Positions 41,697 to 54,856 of a DNA stretch of 64,000 nt are shown here, in pieces (within the stretch, counting starts at the first letter, position 1; every line of letters starts with the position of its first letter). The position numbers and the translations under genes are program-made. Below the pieces are notes generated by a model. It had not been told where the DNA came from, did not search any database, and saw only the letters and a program-made list of their open reading frames with translations. Source of the DNA: Octopus vulgaris. Taxonomy: Eukaryota. The stretch lies in NCBI GenBank assembly GCA_951406725.2, contig OX597828.1:67580001-67644000 (forward strand). Direction: 5' to 3'.

Positions 41697-41928
41697 AGGC
41701 GGCGAGCTGGCAGAATCGTCAGCGCGCCGGGCGAAATGCTTTGCAGTATTTCGCCTGCCGCTACGTTCTGAGTTCAAATTCCGCCGAGGTCAACTTTGCC
41801 TTTCATCCTTTCGGGGTCGATTAAATAAGTACCAGTTACGCACTGGGATCGATATAATCGACTTAATCCGTTTATCTATCCTTGTTTGTCCTCTCTGTGT
41901 TTAGCCCCTTGCGAGTAGTAAAGACATA
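41697..41928 (+). mobile_element. SINE family A with a 14-bp TSD
   Basis: ggttactccactca at 41683-41696 and 41929-41942. Confidence 0.92.
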
Positions 41929-42888
41929 GGTTACTCCACTCATTGAGCGATTATTATGAAAAGTTATATCCATTTAGGAAAAGTCTACTTACCAACAGCT
42001 ACTGAGTACCCATAATCCAATCACAGATAAAATGGAAAAAGTAGGGATAAACTATCATATAAGGTTCGTGGAAAGACTGTGGACACTACAGCAATGTATT
42101 AAGGACGAACAACCCATAGCATAGGAGAAAGAATGGCGATGAAAAAAACATCGATATTTTACCAATATATGATGAATCAATAAATAATCTTTCTATTCAT
42201 TTAAAAGATTTTATACTTTAACAAGTGATATACAGACTGAGAGGAGATTCTGAACCCCCAATAATAATACAAAAACAAATAATCACGTATAGTAACTACA
42301 ATGCTCCCTATTCGTATTGGGTCCAAATGCGTGGCCCCACTATCATCTTAGTATATCTCATGGCGAATGCACAGCCTTAGTTATAGTAAGAATATTAGGA
42401 TCGCAAATAAAAGACTTGCTTTTCTCTTCGCCGCTAGAAACATTTCATCTCCGTCAGCTGCTTACAAAGCTCGGCTGAGGCTCTCAATAGGTTACTACTC
42501 CAACATTTAGGACACTGATGTTGCACTACACACACGCACACTCCCGCGCGTGCTCACACTCACACGCAAAAATATATACGAATACATATCCTAGACTGCA
42601 TCCAGCGAAAGGCCACTTAACTGATTCACACGATAAACTTCCGGTCCATTGACGGCAGCTAAAACATCCTCTTCCATTACCCAGTAACTCTAAACTCGGG
42701 ACACTCCTCATTAATACGTTCAGAGAATTCTTTCCTCGAGCGATGAAGTCTTAATTTAGAAAGATTTATCAAATTTTTTTGTTTTGCGTGAGTTTAGTCA
42801 CGTCCAGAACTATTTTGTACACTGACAAACAAAACTGTCATTCTCGAAACTAATTTTGCTTACATTTCTCCGTGATATATAATGCGAA

Positions 42889-42927
<39 letters not shown>

Positions 42928-42929
<2 letters not shown>

Positions 42930-43316
42930 GTTTGTTTGTTTGTTGAGCGAAGCGGTCTTCGTCCCAGGGCTCACAAGTAGTGGGAGAAGTCCGAAGCGTG
43001 GTCCTTTGCTATTCGTAAGACCCGCAGAAGAGAAAGCAGGTCAACCCCCGACACCGAGAGCATCGCCGGATGGATGAGTCTGCATCCAGGCTTAGCGGTT
43101 GCATAGGAGGTCGGGGACAAGAAACAGGAAGAAAGAATGAGAGAAAGTTGGGGCGAAAGAGTACAACAGGGCTCGCCACCACCCCCTGCCGGAGCCTCGG
43201 GGAGCTTTAGGTGTTTTCGCCCAATAAACATACAGAACGCTCGGTCTGGGAATCGTAACCGCGATCCTCCGACCGCGAGTTCGCTGCCCTAACCATTAGG
43301 CCATTGCACCTCCACT
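42928..43316 (-). mobile_element. SINE family C1
   Basis: Reverse complement of 9886-10282. Confidence 0.9.
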
Positions 43317-43556
43317 GCTGCTGCTGCTGCTCTTGTTGTCGTTATTGTTGTTGTTAGTAGCACTCTTACCAGATTTTGCAAATCAGTTCTTGCAATGTCC
43401 CTACAACAATAATAATTCGGTTTGTAATGTGTTTGCGTATTTCATAAAGGCCGGGTCTGGCGCACTGTCTAAGACGTTGGTTTCCTTTCAATAAAGTTCA
43501 CCGTAGGGCCTCAACCGTCTCTCAGCTGCATGTCTTTCTCTTTGGTGATCTTACCT

Positions 43557-43786
43557 ATTTCTTTATTACCCACAAGGGGCTAAACACAGAGGGGACAAAC
43601 AAGGACAGACATAGGTATTAAGTCGATTACATCGACTCCAGTGCGTAACTGGTACTTAATTTATCGACCCCGAAAGGATGAAAGGCAAAGTCGACCTCGG
43701 CGGAATTTGAACTCAGAACGTAACGGCAGACGAAATACCGCTAAGCATTTCGCCCGGCGTGCTAACGTTTCTGCCACCTCGCCGCC
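43557..43786 (-). mobile_element. SINE family A with a 17-bp TSD
   Basis: ctttggtgatcttacct at 43540-43556 and 43797-43813. Confidence 0.92.
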
Positions 43787-44054
43787 TTGAGATCGACTTT
43801 GGTGATCTTACCTGTTTATGGTGTGAACCGATGACTTTGACGATTGGTCTGCTCCATTTGGCCTGTGCTGAGGCCAAACACCACCAGCAACAACAACACA
43901 CACATACACACACACACACACTCACACATACGCATATACACATATACACACACTGCACCTCACGCTCTCCTCCTTCTCCTCCTCTAACAACAACAACGCT
44001 ACCCCCACCATCTCCAGCATAAGCTTCCTTCACTCACTTTGTCTTCTTCACGCC

Positions 44055-44096
<42 letters not shown>

Positions 44097-44621
44097 CGCT
44101 CCATCTTTCTCTTCTCACCTCATCTCCTCCACTTTCACCGCCACCCCTACCATCTGTCGCGCCTCTACCATCACCGCTACCATCACCCGTGCCTTTTCTT
44201 CATTCCCTCTTCCTGTTACTCTTCCTGCTCTTCCACGTTCACCTAGTACCAAGCGGCGGAGAGTCAGCCAGCCAACCAGCCAACCAGCCAGCAAGCGAGA
44301 CACCCACTCATCTCCTTAGCTTACCTACCCACCCAGCCTTCCACCCAGCCGTCCACCCAGCCGCCTACACATCAACCTAAGCACCCAACAAATACAATAT
44401 CACCAACAGCAACAACAACAACAACATCAACAACAAAAACAACCTCTTACGTCAATAACATACATTACAAAGACAACGGTAAAACAATAAGGTAAACAAC
44501 ATTGTCCCCACCCCTCCTACAGCCTCACTCCCCCCACACACCCAAAATAAACAAAACACGAAAGAGCCTCTGATGGGTCAAGTGATCAGCTAGAAAAAGC
44601 AGCCATTCATATTCCGACAAA

Positions 44622-44673
<52 letters not shown>

Positions 44674-44736
44674 GCACACACACACACACACATACACACA
44701 CACGCACACACACACACGCACGCACGCACACACACA

Positions 44737-44803
<67 letters not shown>

Positions 44804-44814
44804 GAGCACTTATT

Positions 44815-45337
44815 CTTTTATTTTTGTCATTTGACTGTGACCATGCTGGAGTACCACCTTCAAGTGTTTTTCTCGAACAATTCAACGCCAGGACTTATTT
44901 TTGTAAGTGCTATCAGCCTCTTTGCTGAACCGCTAAGTTATGGTGACGTAGACACACCAACACCGGTTGTCAAGCGATGAAGGGGAACAAACACAGACAC
45001 ATACACACACATGCAGACATACATACACCCACATACATGCATATATATATATATAGGCGTAGGAGTGGCTGTGTGGTAAATAGCTTGCTTACGAACCACA
45101 TGGTTCCGGGTTCAGTCCCACTGCGTGGCACCTTGGGCAAGTGTCTTCTGCTATAGTCTCGGGCTGACCAAATCCTTGTGAGCGGTTTTAGTAGACGGAA
45201 ACTGAAAGAAGCCCGTCGCTTATATGTATGTATATATATGTATGTGTGTGTGTGCTTGTGTGTCTGTGTTTGTCCCCACAACATCGCTTGACAACCGATG
45301 CTGGTGTGTTTATGTTCCCTTAACATAGCGGTTCGGA
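44815..45337. mobile_element. Two oppositely oriented SINE B pieces (44815-45010 minus, 45056-45337 plus)
   Basis: Family match on each strand. Confidence 0.85.
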
Positions 45338-45339
45338 TC

Positions 45340-45640
45340 CCTCCATAAAAAATCTCGGGAAGGACTGTTTCAACGAAATCGTGTCTCGCCCTTACCTTCG
45401 AAACACGGAGTAGACGAAACAGAGGCGATTGAAGAAGGGAAATTTTCCTTGTATTGTATGTCTTGCACTCTGTTTTTTCGTTGTTTAAAAAAATGTCCGT
45501 TTCCTTGGTTTTGTTTATATGTTTTCGTTTCTCATTGTGTTCGACGTTTTTTTGGTGTCCTGTACCCATATATGCATGTAGAGGTAGGTACGTACATATA
45601 CGTATGTATATATGCATATGTTTTTATTATTTTGTTATTA
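45340..45640 (+). mobile_element. Short (TA)n-associated element, probable PLE terminus; inverted copy at about 50790-51012
   Basis: About 200 bp of near-identical sequence in opposite orientation; GAAGG...CCTTC-GAAACacggaGTA hammerhead-like half. Confidence 0.55.
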
Positions 45641-45670
45641 TATATATATATGTGTGTGTGTATATATATA

Positions 45671-45701
<31 letters not shown>

Positions 45702-45764
45702 GTATACTCACATACACACACGCACACACACACACACACGCACACACACACACGCACACACACA

Positions 45765-46045
45765 AGAGTTAAGGAATGGAGTTGATAAGATCCGGGTTGC
45801 TTGAAGCTACCTTTCTTCCTACACCTCGATCCTTGGATTTTACATATATATAGAGTCAAAACTATTGAAAAGGTTGCAAGACGCAACGAAAATTTTAGAA
45901 AAATAAAAAAAGAAACAAGTGGGAATTTTACCGGTGAGTGTGTTAAGTTATAAGGCACCAAAAGAGAATGACTCTCCCCAGACACAACAGAATATGCTTC
46001 AACACACGTACTCACATAAAGAATCTTGAAAATCAAATCCCAAAA
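45765..46045 (+). mobile_element. PLE terminal repeat with a candidate U3-A8 hammerhead at 45861-45898
   Basis: cta-TTGAAAA-g-GTTGC-aagac-GCAAC-GAA-AATT-T-tag, then AATAAA and the ttcaacacacg...aatcttg terminal motif. Confidence 0.6.
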
Positions 46046-46091
46046 CGAAATATGCATATATATATATATATATATATATATAAATGAAATT

Positions 46092-46215
46092 ATAAGGGCA
46101 ATTACGAGGTAATGCCACATGCTATAAGAAAACACCAAATGCCTCTGAAATAAATAGTTTAGTGCCATTTGGCGTCTTCTTCCCCCACGTGGCATTACCA
46201 CGTAATTGCCCTTAT
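46092..46215. repeat. 124-bp imperfect fold-back
   Basis: ataagggcaattacgaggtaatgccacatg pairs with cacgtggcattaccacgtaattgcccttat; inner aagaaaacaccaaatg pairs with catttggcgtcttctt. Confidence 0.85.
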
Positions 46216-46351
46216 TACAATTTTATAATTATATTTATAAAATTATATACTTTGTATTAATTTTTACCTTGGGTTTTTACATGCTAGCTGCTTGATAAAA
46301 TTCTATAGAGATTTTATCCTTAATTTTAATTGATAAATATATATATATGTA

Positions 46352-46701
46352 CAGTGATGCCTCGACTAATTTGAGAGTGAGCACTCGTAAAGCGGAAACT
46401 CGTAAAGCAGAGAAGTGATTTCACATAGTCGCAATGAAATTTTATGCCGTTATTTTACTCCGTCGTTATACATAGCGGTGTAGACGCGTCAGAACCAATG
46501 TTGCCACATGTTGCAACATTGCCACATGTTGCAACATTGCCACATGTTGCAACATTGCCACATGTTGCGACATTGCCACATGTTGCAACATTGCATTGCC
46601 ACACACAAAATGGCTGCTTAACCATTTTATATTTATCATAAAATAAATCTCGTAAATCTGGGGTCTCGTGAGGCGGATTCTCGTAAAGTGAGGTATTACT
46701 G
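46352..46701. mobile_element. Tigger/pogo-like MITE with TA TSD, containing five 18-bp tandem units
   Basis: TA|CAGTGATGCCTC...GAGGTATTACTG|TA; repeated ctcgtaaa subterminal motifs; ccacatgttgcaacattg x5 at about 46504-46593. Confidence 0.8.
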
Positions 46702-46763
46702 TATGTGTATGTATATATGTACATATATATATACATACATACATACGTACATACATACATACA

Positions 46764-46848
<85 letters not shown>

Positions 46849-46853
46849 GTATG

Positions 46854-46901
<48 letters not shown>

Positions 46902-46983
46902 GTATGTATGTATATATATATATATACATATATATATGTATATATGGTTTTTGTTAAGCAGCGTCGATTTTTACAATTCTGTA

Positions 46984-47222
46984 AATAATAATAGTATTTT
47001 ATAAGCTTAAAGCTTATAAGCGATCACCGCGCAGTGACTAAAGAAAATAGTCTAATAATGGGTCATGTTAGCCCTCGAGGTGTGGGTGTGTTCGAGTCCC
47101 ACGCGTACGGGAAAACCTACTTTTTCTGTCGAGGGCTTATATGCCGCATTATAGACTATTTTCTTTAGTCATTGCGCGGTGATCGATTATAAACTTTAAG
47201 CTCATAAAATACTTATTATTAT
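46984..47222. repeat. Fold-back of about 240 bp with arms of about 95 bp and a 50-nt loop containing a B-box-like GTTCGAGTCC
   Basis: Arms 46984-47078 and 47129-47222 are reverse-complementary with scattered mismatches. Confidence 0.85.
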
Positions 47223-47352
47223 TATATATATAAATATATATATATATAGCAATAATAATTCTCTAAAAGAGATATAGACAGTAACTGCTCGATAACATAA
47301 GGGACTAAAGCCATCTGAATATGGCTAGGGACAGGGCAGGGTGGTGGGGGTG

Positions 47353-47401
<49 letters not shown>

Positions 47402-47573
47402 ACATCTTATGATACTTTGTAATATTTGCACTAATTTCTTAGTTAAGATTAGCAAAAGTAATACCAGTTGACTATGTAAGTAAAACGATATATACATTCT
47501 GTGCTTTTTCTTTCAATATATTCTGCAATTCACAACGTCATGGGAGAATAAAATCTTTCCAATTGAAAATTTC

Positions 47574-47647
<74 letters not shown>

Positions 47648-47718
47648 CTGTATGTATATATGTATGTATGTATGTATGTGTGTATGTATGTATGTATGTA
47701 TGTATGTATGTATGTATG

Positions 47719-47783
<65 letters not shown>

Positions 47784-47943
47784 AATAAGCAACAAGGATA
47801 TCCAAGGTGTTGTAGTACAATCGTTTCATGCTACTTCATTTTATTAAACAATGTAAGTATTACATCAGTTTTAAAATGTAAAGCAATCTTCAGCCACATA
47901 TAGAATTTTTTTTTAACTAAATGGACAACATACATTTTTTATA

Positions 47944-48000
<57 letters not shown>

Positions 48001-48378
48001 AAGAAAGTTAGAGGTTGTGAATCCAACCAACAAAAGGATAATATCTATCCAATATACTGCTGGTAGAATACCCAATTATAATACACAAGTGTTTTTTTCA
48101 TTGCATTGCAATTACATTACCGAGTGTATTAAATGGGTGAAGGTAAAGAGTTATTTTACCATTAATTTATAGAGCAATAAGAAAATGGAGGGGATCAATA
48201 GGTGGTTCATCAACTTTTAGACATCATATTATGTCAGTTTATTTATTTATTAAAAGGACAATTGTCGCAATATACATACATGTATAACATATTATGCTTT
48301 ACACATATAATAAATAAAATATAAAAATATCAATAATTATTAAAATATTTAACATATAGCAATAGAAATTGGGATAAC

Positions 48379-48494
48379 ATCTTACAGCTGTTTCAGCCAA
48401 GAGGTAAAAATACCTCATTCTACTTCTTATCCATCCAGTGGACTGAAGTAATTAGTAGATAAAAATGGGCGTTACTCTAGGCTTCGTCAGAGAT
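48379..48494 (-). ncRNA. Type I hammerhead ribozyme with fully canonical core and long stem II insertion, in an AT-rich PLE-type terminus (about 48000-48530)
   Basis: Reverse complement: atct-CTGACGA-AGCCtAGAG...(about 70 nt)...CTCTtGGCT-GAAA-CAGCTG-TA-agat. Confidence 0.82.
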
Positions 48495-48660
48495 TTTATA
48501 ATGTACATCAGGTTAAGTTATAAATATAAATACACACTCACATACATACTTTTAAATATACATACATATACATAAATATACATAAATACATATACCTACA
48601 CTTAAATGTACATGCATATGTGCATGTATGTATATATATGTATATATATATATATGTCTG

Positions 48661-48719
<59 letters not shown>

Positions 48720-48745
48720 CATTATTCAGTTTTATTTATTTATTA

Positions 48746-49848
48746 TTCTGTTTTCTGTTGAGGAAAACAGCGGCCAAAACAGTTGTCATGCTTCAAACAG
48801 CTTACAATGAGTAAAACACAAGTTTACATGGTTTTCACGTTTAAGGTTTTCACGCTTGAAGCCCAACTTCGTTCAAGGGGTTCATCAACCTCCAGAACGA
48901 ATGAAAACATCATGAAAATTCGTGAACTGATCTTAGAGGACCGTCACAGCTCCTACTAGCGAATTTTGTGCGAGGAATTGCGAATGAAAAGAGTTGCAAC
49001 AAAATGTGTGCTTTGCTTGCTCAAGGAAGATCAAAAGCAGTCACGATTGAATGCGAGTCGTGAACTGAAAGAACAGTTGGAAGATGATGCGCGCCTTTTT
49101 TTCCCCGAAGGTCATCGCTGGTGACGAAAGCTGGTGCTTCGGAATTTGCAGATGTTGAAGAGGTGAAGAAGAAAAGACGACGGGGGCGTTAAAAAGCATC
49201 ACTTCGCAAAAGTTCCAACACTGCTTCGAACAGTGGACAACGCGTCTGGGATCTTTTCGCTTTGACCGGCAGTTTTTCTAGTGGTGTCATATGAAATTGT
49301 CACCCATAATTATGACCCTAGTATCGATCTATTGCATTTCAATCTGTTTTAGGGTTAGAGTTAGGGGTGGGGGGAGGGGTATCTTTTTTTTCTTCAGAAA
49401 TGTAAATGAACCCAATCTGTTTCTTAAACGAGGGACAATTTCCTATATCACCGCCAGAAAATGTTTACGGAGAGAATGTTTTCACCTCAATAGAAGTCAT
49501 TGATTGGTTGAAATTGCAGAAATTAAAGAAAATATCTTACAAAGTACAGAATTTTCTCAAGAAAGCCAAGAGAAAAAGATGTTTTATAAACACATTCTAC
49601 CAGTATACGAAGTTTAAAATTTTTAGTTACATGGAAATTATTTTAAAAAACTGCCGGTTAAAGCGAAAAGATCCCGCGTCTGAACCGATGCATTGTGGTG
49701 CGCCAGAGCACTGTATACAATAATTTCATTATTATTATTATATTTATTGCTTCGAATGGAGATACTCTGAAGACGACAAAGTGTAAACATGTAAAAGTGA
49801 ATAAAATTATATTGTAAAATTCCGGTTTCTTGTGGGTACCTCCTCGTA
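48746..49848 (+). mobile_element. Internally deleted, decayed mariner element
   Basis: FCFLLRKTAAKTVVMLQTAY/MSKTQVY, ENIMKIRELILEDR, KVIAGDESWC, FQHCFEQWTTRL; 3' TIR-like end ...gggtacctcctcg|TA. Confidence 0.88.
49249..49674. mobile_element. Merlin-like MITE with 29-bp TIRs and an 8-bp TSD, nested in the mariner
   Basis: TIR GGATCTTTTCGCTTT(G/A)ACCGGCAGTTTTT; TSD CGCGTCTG at 49241-49248 and 49675-49682. Confidence 0.85.
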
Positions 49849-50332
49849 TGTCTGTTATATAATATATATATATTTATAAATATGTACACATATGTGTGTG
49901 TGTGTGTGGGTGGGTGTGTGGGTGGGTGTGTGGGTGTACACCTATATATGTTTATACGCACGCATACACACATAGTACGTGCATATTGCTGACGTTTTCC
50001 CCATTCATACATACGCAAAACACACAAAATACAAATATCTATATATACATATATATACATACAGATATAGCCCCCCCACACGCCCTCTATGATAAACATA
50101 CAAAACAAACACGCAGCATATCGTTTGTTTTTCTCTTCTTCTTGTTTATTCATGTTTTCCTGTTAAATCACTCGACTACAAAAGGAAAAACACAGAAGCA
50201 GCAAGTAAAACTATCAAAAATATAACATCTTAACCTACCACCTTACTTACCTTTGTCTGTATCGCATAACACACATACCTGCCTGTTAGTGTGGCTGTTG
50301 TTTATTTCCCTACGGCAATGTCTCTCAGTTTC

Positions 50333-50400
<68 letters not shown>

Positions 50401-50447
50401 AATAAAACATATGCATATATATATATAATGTATATATATATATTTAT

Positions 50448-50484
<37 letters not shown>

Positions 50485-50532
50485 CGTACATACATATACA
50501 TACATACATACATACATACATGGATGGATGGC

Positions 50533-50759
<227 letters not shown>

Positions 50760-52040
50760 AACTTACTTGGAAGTAGATGCGTTGCGTTCGATCATATAAC
50801 AAAATAACAAATAAAACATGCATATATACATACATATATGTACGTACCTGCATCTAAATGTATATATAGATGCATATATGGGTACAGGACACCAAAAAAA
50901 CGTCGCACACAAAGAGAAACGAAAACATAAAAACAAAACCATGGAAACGGACATTTTTTTAAACAACGAAAAAACGGAGTACAAGACATACAACACATGG
51001 AATATTCCCCTATCCTGAATATTCAGTAATGATAAAGAAAATAACCACAGCAAAAATAATAAGCCAACGCATGAACGATAGGCACACGATAATGAATTGT
51101 ATATAGCAATGCATTGATATAGTTTTAATTATTACCCACCAGTAGGTAGCTTGGTCTCTGCTTTGCTCTACTTAACGAAGTGTGTCTCCGCTATCCGAAT
51201 GCTTGCAGCATCTCTCTGCCTTACCTGAAACCCGTGTTTGTCTTCCTTTCTTTCCTTTATATTACATTGACATATTAATCGGTATTGGAGTACTATAATA
51301 TTTTACAGAAATGCTCTACAATTCTCACGTGCAGTTATCGTTTCATCGATTTCAAATCCGTGGGCGGGATATTTGTAAATAACAAAGATTTTTTTGCACA
51401 GCGGCTAAACAGCAAAAACAGAAATTGCAGTCACAACGAAATCTATTCTTTATATACTGTCGCAAAAATACTTCTTTCTTTGGTTCACAAGTGCTGGAGC
51501 CAATTCTATCAATATAGATCTTCCTATCTCTAACTAATTTTATTGATGTGCGAAATGCGAAACAGTGAAGTCAACTTTGATGAAGGTATAGGGGTAGGAG
51601 AAGAATGCCATTAGAATTCGAAGTGTGTGTGTGCGTGTGTGTGTGTATGTGTGTGTGTGTGTACGCGCGCAGACGCACATACAAACACGTGTGCGCGCAC
51701 GCATGCACAGAGATATTGGCATCCCCCATATTGCGAAGCGTTACGCTCCTAAAAATCTTACCATATCTTAAAGTACCAAAACACGGAACGTATTTTTTTA
51801 CCAAATATATATGTGTGTGTGTGTGTGTGTATGTTTCTAGATATGTATGTGTGTGTATATATGTCCGTATATATGCATGTGTGTATATATGTATGCGTAT
51901 GTATGTATGTATTTATGTATGCATGTATGTATGTTACGTGTGTATGTATATAGATGAAAGTATTTTTTTTTTGAGGATCAGAATCCTGATAGTTCTGATG
52001 CTTGGTTCTGAATGATTTTTTGTCTTTCCTTTGTACATCA

Positions 52041-52109
<69 letters not shown>

Positions 52110-53083
52110 TAGAACGAAATGTCATAAATTCATGTAAATTTAAAGGACGTGACACTTGAAAACCATAAACAAGTATTAGAAACTTTCTTCAAATGATTTT
52201 CTCAACTGTGAAACAAGAAAAATAACTTAAAACAAAGAAATTTATCGTTTTACATAAAATTTATTGTTTTCCCCACATTTTGATTTCACGATTAACTTTG
52301 GTTTATATTTATTTCTCTTTAGGCTGTGTGGTGAGGTGCGTGTAGTTTTATTATTATTATCATTATCATTGTTGTTGTTATTTTTGTTGTTGTTGTTGTT
52401 GTTGTTGTACTATTACTGCTACTACTTCTACTGCAACTACTTTCACCCGTCCTTTCTCCCCCGCCCCCCGCCCCGACGATATATATGGTGACTTGGTGTG
52501 TTCTTCAGAATCTCGTGATAAAACATTGGTTCTTCATTTTCATAGCATTTGATATTTGGTCTGTTTTTGTTGTAATTTTATTTTATATTATTTTATTTTA
52601 TCCTTTACTATTTGTTTTGGGACCACGTGACCTGAGAGGTTATTATCGCTGTTGATGATGATGGTAAGGAGGAGGAGGAAGAGGAAGAGGAAGAGGAAGA
52701 GGTGTAGAAGTATGGTTGGGAGGAGAGGGAGGAAACGTGATTTAAATTAACTTAGACACTGCAAAGTAAATCGGTGAAATCAAAACTTTGGAACTAAGAA
52801 GAAAAGAAAACACAAGACACACGCACACATACATGTACACATACACATACACTCATATATACATGCACACATTCATGGATATACAAACACACAGATGTAC
52901 ACACACATACATACACATACACGTTTATATCCATACATACTCTTAAAATACACATATACATTCATACACAAGGTCACACACGCTCATGCAGATACACAGA
53001 CGTATACATATAAACACATACGCATATACAAACCACAGATGTGCTCATACCCACATACATACACAGTGACACATAATGAAATT

Positions 53084-53132
<49 letters not shown>

Positions 53133-53403
53133 AAACACAAATAAAAATGAACGCAAAACACTTGTACTTTAAGAATTAACGACTTTATTTACCTCTCTGT
53201 TCCTCTTTACACGTGTGTGTGTGAGTGTGTGTGTGCGTGTATATGTGTATAGACGTGTCTATGTGTATGTATATATATGTGTGTGTGTGTTTATGTATAT
53301 ATATATATTTGTGTGTGTTTATATTCGTTTACATATACGCAAATATATACATACACACACCTCTATTTGCATCTATAATTACAGACGCACACACATATAT
53401 AAC

Positions 53404-53455
<52 letters not shown>

Positions 53456-53527
53456 TGTGTGTGTGTGTTTTTGTGACAATCATTCCGAATAAAGAAATTT
53501 CGTAAAAAAAGCAAAATGATGGTAAAC

Positions 53528-53565
<38 letters not shown>

Positions 53566-53567
53566 TC

Positions 53568-53605
<38 letters not shown>

Positions 53606-53977
53606 CATCATGAATAAAAAAAGGGGGGAATAAGAACAAAACAAAAAACAGCAGCAGCAGCGACAACAACAAGAACCACAACACAAACATCAACAATAGT
53701 AAAAAACAACAAAAAAAAACGACAATCACAACAACAACAAATGAAGAGATTATTATTAATTGACAAGGTTAAACGGACTTTGAATGGTTTTTCAGTCCAT
53801 TAAACAATGTGGTCAGCTATTTAGTTCAATGACGGCTGCTAAATCTTTTAATATATATTCAATAGATTAGAACAGCTGGGTTTCTGTGTCGATGTATCTC
53901 TTGTACTAGGTCGTACTCTGTACTGCACGCCATTATATTGTACTCTATTATACAGTACTCTAACATAATCTTTTACA

Positions 53978-54595
53978 TAGGAGTGGTAAGTAGCTTGCTT
54001 ACCAGCCACATGGTTCCGGGTTCAGTACCACTGCGTGGCACCTTGGGCAAAGGTCTTCTGCTATATATTCATTTACTACCCACAAGAGGCTAAACATAGA
54101 GGGGACAAACAAGGACAGACAAAGGGATTAAGTCGATTACATCGACCCAGTGCGAAACTGGTACTTTATTTATCGACCCCGAGAAGATGAAAAGCAAAGT
54201 CGACCTCGGCGGAATTTGAACTCAGAACGTAACGACAGACGAAATACCGCTAAGCATTTCGCCCGGCGCGCAGATGTCTTTGCTATAGCCTCGGGCCGAC
54301 CAAAGCCTTACGAGTAGATTTGGTAGGCGAAAACTGAAAGAAGCCCGTCGTATATATATATGTATATAGATATATGTATGTGTGTGTATATGTTTGTTCC
54401 CCCACCCCAACATCGCTTGCCAACCGATGCTGGTGTGTTTACGTCCCCGTAACTTAGCAGTTCGGCAAAAAGTTACCGATAGAATAAGTACTAGTTTTAC
54501 AAAGAATAAGTCCTGGGGCCGATTTTCTTGACTAAAGGCGGTGCTCCAGCATGGCCACAGTCAAATGACTGAAACAAGTAAAAAGCATAAAAAGA
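53978..54595 (+). mobile_element. SINE B interrupted by an inverted SINE A (about 54068-54270)
   Basis: gtctt(c)tgctata duplicated on both sides of the insert. Confidence 0.88.
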
Positions 54596-54823
54596 ATACT
54601 GTATTCCATTGTACCGTACTCTATTATAGTCCATTCCATACTGTACTCTATTGTATTGTACTCTTTCGTACCGTACTGAATAACATGTCACTGTGTTGTA
54701 CTCTGTTGTACTGTATTCTGTTTGATCCTACAGAGTACAGTGGATGTAGGAGTTTACGTGCGAATACACACGTACGTATGAACGAAAGTATCTATATATG
54801 AATATTTATATACACGCATACGC

Positions 54824-54854
<31 letters not shown>

Positions 54855-54856
54855 TA

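Noticed and set aside
42040-42500. Possible third GIY-YIG fossil
   Set aside because: Only a weak YK...KDC-like resemblance after multiple frameshifts
48754-48790. ctgttgagg...ccaaaacagttgtc as a hammerhead
   Set aside because: It is mariner transposase coding sequence (LLRKTAAKTVV)
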